Shown here in pieces: positions 53,701-64,000 of a stretch of 64,000 nucleotides of DNA. The position numbers were made by a program, and so were the translations under genes. The notes beneath the pieces were generated by a model. It had not been told where the DNA came from and did not search any database. It saw only the letters and a list, made by a program, of their open reading frames with translations. The DNA is from Eledone cirrhosa (lineage: Eukaryota): contig OZ024750.1 in assembly GCA_964016885.1 (NCBI GenBank), positions 31,992,001 through 32,056,000 of the forward strand. Direction: 5' to 3'. Numbering within the stretch: position 1 is the stretch's first letter; each line of letters begins with the position of its first letter.

Positions 53701-54758
53701 TAAAAGGACTAATGAAAACATTGTCCTTGGTGAGATTCAATGAACTCTATCCACTCAGTAAGCAAATAAAGACTGGGATATTGTCAGTCCATTACCTCTT
53801 CTATATAGGCTTAGAATTGATAGAGTGTATGGTGTAATATTTTAGGAATAATATCCATTCTGGTTTCAAATTATCGACGCTACATTATTAGTGATTTGAG
53901 ATGAGAGCTGCTGAAAACCCATAAAGGTGACTTCTGTTTATTGCTGAACATTTCATCTCCGTGCTTGCCAAATATTTCGATCAGAAATCTGATATTCTGT
54001 CGGTTCTTGACATTTCATTACGAAATATTTTCTAATACTTTGTGACATCGTCGGTTAAGATGTATTGTATAGCTTTTCCTACTTGGTATAAAAAGTTCAT
54101 TTTTACACTGACCTTCTTTTAGTAATAGACACGTTTTCACCTATTGATGTCTACTAAATATTTGTCTATCATCAAATGTATTTGTTAGATATTGAAATTG
54201 GGTGCAACTTGTATCTGTAAAATAGACTTATCGGATGACCACCGCCTAATTGAGAATTGTTTGACGAAAAACAAAACACTATTAAGAGGAACGAAAAGGG
54301 AAATGAAGAGAAGAAAAAGAAAAAAAAAGAATCAACTAACGAAGGAAGAGGTGGAGTGAAGTTAATATACTCCAGTCAGAGCGCTGCTTCAACCGTGCCC
54401 CGTGGACGAACTGTCAAAGGCATTAGAGCTGAGAGTGGCTAGTAACACCTGCAGCAACAGCCACGATATCTCATGGTGCTCCCTCCTGAAGCAGGCCATC
54501 GTTTTCCTTTTTTTATTTCACGAAGGAAATCAGCAGCGCGGGGACCAAAGACACCAGAGGTTTCGACGGAGACCGTTACGAAGTGGAATCGGTCGATTGG
54601 ACACAGATATTTAAATTTATCACCTCTGATTCGTGAGTGGCGGTTCCCCTCACCAAGCTACTGATGAAAGACAATACTCGACACAGTTTGACACGAGTGA
54701 CGTCGCAATTCATTTCTACAGTGGAGTGAACTGGAACAAATGTCTTGCTCACAACCTC

Positions 54759-54809
<51 letters not shown>

Positions 54810-54864
54810 CGTTTCTGAATTTGTTTAGCAAGATTCTTTATCTGAAATCGTGTGTTGAAACCGA

Positions 54865-55261
54865 TATTGTTATACTTTGGGAGGGTCATGTTGCCAATAA
54901 GAAACACACGCACCAGTTGCTTTCACTTCAATTTATTATATATTTATAAATTTATAAATTTACAAATTTACAAATCTACAAACTTATAAATTTCTGGTTG
55001 GTTGGTTGGTTCCACAACCAGATAGTTGTTTATATATATAGTCATAGTCCTTTCGTCACACACTATGTGACCTCTTCAGTGACTGGGGATTCCTTTCTTC
55101 TGTGCCTTTCCTTTCTTCTATCCTACGTCAACCAACCAGAAATTTATAAGTTTGTAGATTTGTAAATTTGTAAATTTATAAATTTATAAATATATAATAA
55201 ATTGAAGTGAAAGCAACTGGTGCGTGTGTTTCTTATTGGCAACATGACCCTCCCAAAGTAT

Positions 55262-55268
<7 letters not shown>
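54865..55268. mobile_element. PLE terminal repeat with inverted duplication (~140-bp arms) enclosing an HHR
   Basis: ~54865-55003 is the reverse complement of ~55129-55268. Confidence 0.8.
55040..55084 (-). ncRNA. Minimal PLE-associated HHR motif
   Basis: AGTCA-CTGAAGA-G-GTCACA(TAGTG)TGTGAC-GAAA-GGAC-T-A-TGACT. Confidence 0.65.
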
Positions 55269-55292
<24 letters not shown>

Positions 55293-56567
55293 GTAATAAT
55301 AATAAATTTGAAGACTAAAATCCAAAGAGGGCTCGATAAGGATAAATATATATCAAATATATAAGAACCGTAGAGCAAATATTTATTAAAATAACAGATT
55401 AAAGTTTAAGCAAAGAATCGCTGCTTTCACCCTTAACGGGATCTTCTGAAACTAACAAAGTCAATCTGTAAACGCAGAAGTGGATATTTAAAAAGACGTT
55501 GCAACCGGAGGAAGACAGGAAGACGATACTTTGGTTCGTGGAAACGTTCCCTGGCAAAGAACGGGAAAAAACGAATATAATACGTCATTAATAGGAGCGG
55601 TGAAAAACAATTACGCGCAAAGGCAGAACCACGTCGTAGACTAGTGTTCTCTTAGGTGGTTCATAGAGACGTTCTATGGCAATGAACGAAAAAAAACGAA
55701 GTTAATACGTCATATGTGGAGCGTGGGGAACAATTACATGCAAAGACAAAACAACGTAAATGGTATAGCAGAAGTAAATAAATACAATACAGAGGTAATA
55801 GTAATTAAATAAATACATACACTGTTAGTTTCAGAAGATCCCGTTAAGCGTGAAAGCAGCGATTCTCTGCTTAAACTTTAATCTGTTATTTTAATAAATA
55901 TATATATATATATATATATATAGTAATAATGATAAATGTGAAGACTAAAATCGGAAGAGATTTAATAAATAATTTATATATATATATATGTATTATAGCC
56001 ATAATTTGAGTGGTTGGAAGTTCAATCCTATGATGTGACTGCTATCCACCCTTCTTTCCGACTATAGGTATATTTTTATCATACCAATCGACTGTCTAGT
56101 CCATGGCTCTCTCATCTATATAAAAGGCAATCAACAAGTCGTTCGGCTGAGTGACCTGCAGCCACTTGCTAGTATTCTGCTGATTCTAGTTTCGTGTTAT
56201 ATGTTTATTAATATTCGATAACTTATAATTTAAACAATCCTCTTCATTAATCGACGTTGATGTCCCCATTCCTTGTGAAGTTTATAAAATATGTACTAAT
56301 TAAATACTCACTTCGATATAAACAATTACACATCTCCCCAAATTCATAATCTAGTGGTTATATTTGAAATACATATTTGTTTTGCTTTTAGTTAAAGTAG
56401 TATGCTGCTTCCTAAACACCCAAGAAAGGAAGGCGAATAGTTTCATGCAACATTTCGAAATCAATGTATTTCCATTAAAAAAGGAGCTATTGGTTTCGTT
56501 TTTCCCTTCAACGAGTGATAAACAAAAATTTAATTTCAAATTGGCTTATATTGACTTACAACAGAGT

Positions 56568-56760
56568 CAGACCTGTCAATCTCCACGGCGGACGGGGAGA
56601 TCTCCCACCCTCTTTGGGGTAGATGGAAGATGTCTTCTCTTGTGAAAATGAGTATAGCTTTCATTATGTAAAATCTCCCCATTTTGCATCATTGTTCCCC
56701 GTTTTGGGTCACCTTTTTCATGGTAGACCCCGTTTGGGTTTTTAAAGTTTGGCAGGTCTG
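56568..56760. mobile_element. MITE with 12-bp TIRs and a 6-bp TSD
   Basis: CAGACCTGTCAA ... TTGGCAGGTCTG; CAGAGT on both flanks (56562-67, 56761-66). Confidence 0.75.
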
Positions 56761-59700
56761 CAGAGTCTATAACGAGTCAATGTGATGAAGCACATTTTCC
56801 CAGGATTAACTAAAATAAAAGTGCTTAAAGCAAGAATTGAAAGCAATGGTTCGTGCAATTGTGTCCTCGAGAACGGTTGATCTATGTTGTTCAGTTATCT
56901 ACAGTTAGCGGTATACCTCTAAACGTTATGCAAATTATAAACTTTGATATTCTTGAGCTTCTTGTTTTGAGGTATGATATGCAAATTATTGGCAACAGAA
57001 GTTAATTTAAGAGTCAGTTTAGGCTGGTTTGTAGATGAATACCCGATAAAACGCGAGCAACATCTGCGAGACAATATAGAACTAAGCAAAAAGCTACAAT
57101 GGGTCTGTGTCATTCTGGTGAAATGATCGACTACGAAAGTGCTAGCGAGGAGACATTCAGCGAAATTATTTACCAGGAAATGCCTAGATACAAGGACTCC
57201 AAAATGTACGTATCACATTTTGAGAAGACCAATCCTCTCGTCATTGAAGTAATTGGATCTCCTAAACTCTCCAAGCGAGTAATCTGCTTAACTTCAAAAT
57301 TGGTTCAACCCAAATCGCGTGGAAAAACAAACTTCATTTCATACAATGTATTGTAAACACTATTAGGTTGTTTGTTTTCTCTCAAGAAAAATCACAAAGA
57401 AATATATATTGGAAACACCAATACATTTTCAAGTGTATGAATTTGTTTTCTTAATTGAATTTTTGCCGATATGAAGAGTTCTATTGCGACCAGGACTCGT
57501 TGCGTAGCGTATATGCAAGGACGCCACAATCTTTTACACACCACGTACTTCTATATGCCGTCAGTCATTGAACGGTTTTGTGCTTCAAATGCATTTAAAT
57601 GTTTAATCCTACGTCTTTTACAACAATTTTTGAATTAAAAATTGGGTCGTAGTTGAAATTTGTAAATATTGAACACCTAAAAGATATTTTAGAAACGCCG
57701 ACGGACAGTGTTCTGTGGAACATCAATTGACTTATTCGGTTTGGAACTTTCTTTAATTTTTGAGGACTTGATATTTAAAATACATTTTGTATTTCCTCAT
57801 TTTTTTTGAATCTTGGACTAATAGTTTTTTTTTTCTCACAGTATATTGGAGGAGACCTTATGCATTTTAACTTGTATGCTTGCGCTAAATTGAATTTTGG
57901 TAACCTATTTAAATTTTCCGACTATTTATGTAAATAATCGTTTGGAACAAATAAATTTTTAAGATGTATTTCACAACGTAAATATTATTTAATTCTCACA
58001 AAGCGCTTTAGAAATGTTTCGCTTTCATTCAAAATATTGAAAATTTGATCTGTTTCTTACAAGTATTAAACCATTTGTCGTTCCTGCCTGGGACAAAATC
58101 TCATTGGAATACAATTCACATAAATTTATTTGTTAACCACTGATTAGATCTATATCATTCCAGTTAATTAATAGAAGTTAAGCATGTTAGCAATACATAT
58201 TTTGCAGTTGGTGAATCAGTATCCTGAACTAACGCCTTTTTTTTATTTTTTTTTATTTATTTATTATTTTTTTTTTTTGTGTGTATGCCACCCCAGCTCG
58301 GGTTGGCAAGAGTACAAATACTGAAAATCCATAACGTTCAACTTCTAAATCTTAGTGCTATCATCCCTCCATGCAAATCTGATTTCTGATATCACAAGAC
58401 TTTTTATTTTTTTAAAGTCATCTTTGAAGAACATTACCGGCCAGGTGTGGCGTTCAAATTTCAAGATTACGCTCTTCATTGCTAACTAAATGTTACCAAG
58501 TAATCAATTATTTACTTGCATAATCGAAAGTTAAATACAATAATACTTTCCTGACAAATATACATATTAAATGTATGAGTTGTAGGAAATGCTTTAATCC
58601 TTTCTCTGTAATTCAATCTATCACTTTACCGAAGACATATTTCGATATATGGTAACCATTTTAAAGATGAAATCTCGCATTTCAGGTTTCGTCCCCTTTA
58701 TATTTCGTAATCACCTTTTTAAGAATGTATCTAACCATTAATCTGTAAAAAGCTTCATATTCTCCAAAGAATGCCTTTTATACCCAAAACCCCAATTGCC
58801 TTTAGCCAATCGAGTATATTACATCAGTGAAAGCAAATGTAAGTCATTGCAGTGCGGCCATGATGGGGCTCCATTTTTGAAACAACTTTAGTAATATTGA
58901 TCCGCGTACTTATTTTCATTTGGAGGCATATTTACCGAATGGTTACCATCTATACAACCAGTTTAAATATCAGTTATCTTATACGGCAGGTCTTGGCAGT
59001 CGTCTCAAATGATCGAACCTGGAGCTACATAACAATTTGCCACACAGCCATTTAACGGCTTATATAGAGCTTGTGACGTCCAGCCTGGTGTTTTATTTTG
59101 CATCTCTTTGTTTCTCAGCCGTGAGCAAAGGAAATTTTTTTTTTTTTTTTTTTTTCCATTAAATTTTAAACGTAATTTTTTTTTTCTCGTTAACATGTAT
59201 AAAATTGAATAAACGATTAATAATCGAAAGTTGTACATGACGTTAGAACACAATTAACAGGTCCGTAGTATGTTCAGCCACATTTTAAAATGGAGAAAAT
59301 TCTGGGATTCTTTTTCTTTTTTTTAGTTATTTTGAAATTACATTATTCATAATATACAGTTAACTATATTAAACTTGTAGACAACATATCTCCAGTATGT
59401 AAGTAATGTCAGAGTATTATATATATAAAACCTATACCTATAGTCCAGATTTTGAGGGCGGGATATCTGTATTACCTAAAGGAAATTCTCGAATTGATCC
59501 ACAGGTATCTACTCGATAATGAAAATATATTTTGATTTGGTCGTACATCGTAAGTTACTCGGCATTAATTAATGTCTAATTTCCATTGCGTTTACAGCTG
59601 CCATCATAATCTAGGAAATAGAATGTTGAAGTTCGTCGGACCTAAAGTTGATTTTTGCCCTATAAAAATATTCCTGTACTCGGCGAATGTTTCCAGCGAA

Positions 59701-60419
59701 ATAAGACACCATTTTCAATGTATTTAACTGTTTTCGAATCCGATTTCAAATCCGCCCACATTAATATGCTTAACATAAATATACTCATAAACCAATTCTA
59801 AACTACTCCGGTATTTTCATTCACTTATATCTTACATTTAATTAAACGAAATAAATATTCAGATCTTCATTGATGTTGCTTTAAAATCATTTAAAACTCA
59901 TTCGACAATAATAGGGAAGCCATATATCGAAATTCTATGTTGGTATATTAACTGTAACCCTCGCAGGTTGACAATTTTCTTTTATAAAGATGAACGTTCC
60001 TTTTGTTTATATTTAGTTCCATTTAGTTATCAGTATGGTTTGAACTAAGTTAATTTCTTTTTTCCAAAGAGGACTCGAAGTTTTTATAAAGTATATATAA
60101 AAACCTAAATATTTTTCAGTATTTCTTTACAAACTTCATGCATTCGAATTTTTTTCTTTAAATGAAGACGGTTGACTCCAGTATGATTTGAATTCGTAAC
60201 ATAGAGCTTAACCATATGCAATTTAAACTTGCTCTTTCGTGATTCTGCCAATACACGGCCTTTATCTTACATTTGATATCTACTTTAGTCACAAGCCCAG
60301 TATTGATGGAGAAAGTCAATTAAATCCATCCCTGCACTTTACCGGTGTTAAATTTTATCTAATGTAAGGACAAAACTCGACTTTCGCATCAGCGAGATTC
60401 TAACTTTCTGTAAATTTTC

Positions 60420-60610
60420 TTTTTACACTAGGCCAGTAATTTGAATAGGAGGTCGAATTATTCGAACCCAGTGAGTCACTGGTACTATATTTTAACGATA
60501 AGATGAAGGGGTAACGCTAACCTCGACGGGATTTGAACTCTGAATGTAAAAGGCCATAACTCAATGCCAAAAAAAAACGTTGACCGACGCTCTCCTAATA
60601 CTGCCAATCC
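60420..60610 (-). mobile_element. SINE family A, degraded
   Basis: AACCTCGACGGGATTTGAACTC..ACTGCCAATCC. Confidence 0.7.
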
Positions 60611-61466
60611 TTATTACTGCTAATTAAACCAGTAATATTACTACCGAAATCATTTAGGATTTAAAATATCCGTAGCCGTGATTAGTACTCGGTGGATTAA
60701 ATTGACTAAATTATCTCGTAGAAAAAAAGATCCAGAAACGTTTCCAGCAGGAAAAAAGTATTTGAATTATTGCTTTTAAAAGAAATTGGCTATTAATTTC
60801 TCTTTTTTTTTTCTTTTAAGTCTATAATAAGTGAAAGACTGTGAGCCTGCAAGATTCTTGCCGTTCCTATAAATTCTTAGGGCTAACAATAAAATTGCAA
60901 ATTAAGAAACGTTAATTTTGGTAACCTTTAAACAGCGTTTCAATAAACCCCCTCACCGTACATGATCGTAACTATATTTATTCAGACACGTTAGCTCGGA
61001 TCTTTCTCAAAATACTAATTCTATCATTATAGTTTCTGATGTTAAGCGCAAATAAATATTTTAATTATAGAAGCAGAGAGACTATCGCGCGTGTGTCATA
61101 ATGAATATATTAAAGGATACAGATATAAGAAAATGATAGTCAAATTACAGACGTGCGGATGAGTAGATGGCTGCGAAATATTTGCTTCAGTGGTTTATTT
61201 GATATAATAAAAGAGTAAAGTTCCCAGAAGATAAATCATTTACGTATCAAAGAACAGACGGACACATATGGCAAAACGTTTTCAGTCTTTAGTGTGTCAG
61301 TCAGAAGCTCTGTGTTCAGACCTAGAGAGGTGCCAGGTTAGAAAATACACAATAACGCCGTTTGTCATTATGGCGCCTCTAAGACTCCATCAGGAGTTAT
61401 GGGTCCACACACACACACGCGTGCAGAGGCATAAATACACACACACGTTCTCGCACTTTATATTAG

Positions 61467-61656
61467 ATAATTGTTTTTACATTTGGCACAAGGCCAGAAA
61501 TTAACCAGTGCATTACTGATACTTTATTTTATCGACCCCGTAAGGATGAAAGGCAAAGTCAATCTCGGCCGGATTTGAACACAGATCGTAAAGGGACGTA
61601 ACTATGCTGGAAAGCATGGCGTCCGACCTTCTACCAATATTGCCAACCCACCGCCC
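61467..61656 (-). mobile_element. SINE family A
   Basis: Full core. Confidence 0.85.
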
Positions 61657-62419
61657 TATTACACTTTATATTAGATATTATGCAGTTCGTATTATTAAAA
61701 AAACATGGATCTATACAGAATATGCAGCTCATACCGTATAGATATATATGTACGTTTGTGTATGAAATGTAGGAATGGCTACACATATCTACGACTCTGT
61801 CTGTCTCTGTGTTTGTTGTTGTTCTTGTTGAAAATGCAATCCATCGTTTCAGATTGAATGTTAATTGTTGTTTATAATAAACCACTATTAAGGCCTTAAA
61901 AATAATTGTATTATTTACAAATTATAGAAAAAATGTTTCTCTTTATATATGAACATTTCATAAATTACTATATAATACTTTGTAAAAAAAATACCAAATA
62001 CTCTTTCATATACAGGCGAATCGCTCATGGATAAAATGTTAGGTTAGTTAATAGCTTTCAAACTTATTAAAGAAATTATTGGCTTTGAATTTACAATGGA
62101 AATAAAAACCTAGATATAAAATAATTGAAAAATTATTTGAATTGATTTTCAATTAACTGTGTCTGGTTTATGACAATATCTTTTATTCTCTATGTTCGGA
62201 AATACATTTATGTACATTCGTTTCGGTCACATTAATCCGAAGTTAAAGGCTGAAACAATTGCTTGAGGGGCGTGGAGTTTTCTTTTCTGAATACCTTCTG
62301 CTATCCCGTTCTCTAGTGTGTTTTTTAACACTTATTAATCATCATGCATCTGAAATCTGAAGCTTTGTTTACATTTTTGGTTAAAGTCGAGGGCTCATCA
62401 CTGGTTTCCTTGACGTTAA

Positions 62420-62586
62420 TTGACTGAGAATACGAAACTCTATCAAAACTAGTTCAGCTTCCCAGCTACTGCTGGTGCTCACTCAACTCAGCTGAGTGTG
62501 CAGGAGCAACAAGAAATATGAGGAAATCGAATCGACGTTACAAAGATCTCAGGTCAAGAGCCCCTAACCATTAGGCCATGCGCCTT
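62420..62586 (-). mobile_element. Degraded tRNA-derived SINE (family B-like)
   Basis: Minus strand GGCGCATGGCCTAATGGTTAGGG head. Confidence 0.5.
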
Positions 62587-62979
62587 ACATGGTACTAATT
62601 AATATTTCTCATTTTAAACACAATTCCAAGTATTCAATATCATCAATTGTGTGATAGACTTGCCCTAATGAAAATTAAAGTTCCATGAGATGATGGCGAA
62701 CTTCTTTGCATGCTAGTCATAAATTTATATGACAGTAATATTGTTCAAATTTAAGTCAATTATTTTTCCATTTACAAATATCATTCAGATAATAAGAAAC
62801 TATTAAAAGAAGAAAAGACGATAACTGTGCCCCAAGTTACTCAATGAAATAGTGAATTTAGGAATATATATTATGTCATACAGGAATGACTCCTACAGGA
62901 CTGAAACTGTTTGTTGTGTGAATGTAAAACTCTGTAGCAACAAAGCGTATTCTCAATAATATATGTACACATCCAAATA

Positions 62980-63350
62980 CTCTCGGATCTCGAATAATCT
63001 TCCCCTCCTCCCCGCTTATTAATTTTTCAGATTTTTTTCCACCCCACCCCTGCTTATCAAATTTGGCTAATCCGTTAAAATTTTATTTTAAATATTAGAA
63101 TTCCTGCGACAAGTATACATTTAAAAACATTATACATGACAAAAGAAGTACATTCCTAGAAATTCCATACGTTATAAATTAAATAGGATGGGTTGGGGTC
63201 TCAATATGTAAACTAAACGACTAATTCTGTTTTTTTTTTAAATTTAAATCAACGGAGACAACCTAGAAAGATTATCGATTTTCCACCCCCGCTTATCCCA
63301 ACTCCCCCGCTTATTCAATCCTCCCCCATCTATTGTTTCGGACCCGAGAC
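62980..63350. mobile_element. MITE with TA target duplication (Tc1/mariner-superfamily-like)
   Basis: TA-CTCTCGGATCTCGAATAA ... TTGTTTCGGACCCGAGAC-TA; internal CCCCGCTTAT repeats. Confidence 0.6.
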
Positions 63351-64000
63351 TATATTAAATTTTTAAGATGACGGGACATCAGGCTAATGGAAACGTACTG
63401 TAGATGTAAATATTCAAAGTCTTTCGTCCCTAAAGATAAGGTTAATAGTTAGGTTAGAAAGTTTATAATTCCATTAACTTATTGTGTAAACGGCTCTACA
63501 GTGTTTTCTTGGCCGAAATATCTTACTTCCAAAGTCTCACTTTATATAGATGTGAGTCCTATTACAAAACGTTCAGTTCAACATTTTAAGAAGCGGCATT
63601 ACTGAAATATCGATTTGTAAGTTTGGCAAAATGCCTCACTTTTAGTTTACAGTGTATTAACTCGACCAATGCACTTGAATGATACGTTATTTTATCGATT
63701 CTGAGATGATGAAAAGTAAAGTTGACATTGGTCGGATATGAACTCAGTACGTAAATAAATGTAATATTAACATACGTTATAATGGAATAGGTTTTTGCGA
63801 AGATTGGACACGGTTAGGCTGACTAGTGATATTCAGTAGTAACGTCTACTTAAATGTTTTATGTTCCCCCGAAAGGAATCTAAATATTTGTTAGAATAAC
63901 AAAAAGCCGTTAAAAGCTATAGCTATCAATCTGTTCTTCAATAATATTGTAATACGTTACCCAGTTTGTCTTCCTATTAAGCTATTGTTGCTACGTAAAC

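Noticed and set aside
55825-55870. HHR-like CAGAAGATCCCGTTAAGCGTGAAAG
   Set aside because: Core is CAGAAGA or GAGAAGA in all copies and no helix I can be formed
57099-57356. 85-aa ORF as a possible host exon
   Set aside because: No recognisable domain or splice evidence; cannot be supported without RNA-seq

Overview
AT-rich, repeat-dominated animal genomic DNA. The SINE/LINE complement and huge (TA)n/(CATA)n tracts look like an octopod cephalopod; this is inference and no search was run. I see no host protein-coding exon, and nearly all ORFs in the track are microsatellite translations. Recognisable content: several R4/Dong-type (RLE) LINE relics, one nearly intact APE-RT LINE (47.2-50.6 kb), RTE and L1/Tx1-like 3' ends, Penelope-like (PLE) fragments, two tRNA-derived SINE families and two MITEs. 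The main finding is two non-coding tandem arrays of a 467/468-bp monomer (27129-31302 and 42829-44318). Every complete monomer carries a type I hammerhead ribozyme (HHR) with a palindromic helix III, 12 copies in total, which makes them non-LTR retrozyme-like. Both arrays are inserted in (TA)n, are built as two divergent inverted arms, switch strand at an internal inverted repeat and end at the same two monomer positions. This suggests twin-primed reverse transcription of a circular or multimeric RNA. Additional unrelated HHR motifs, some with very long helix II, and several PLE-terminus fold-backs are scattered through the window.
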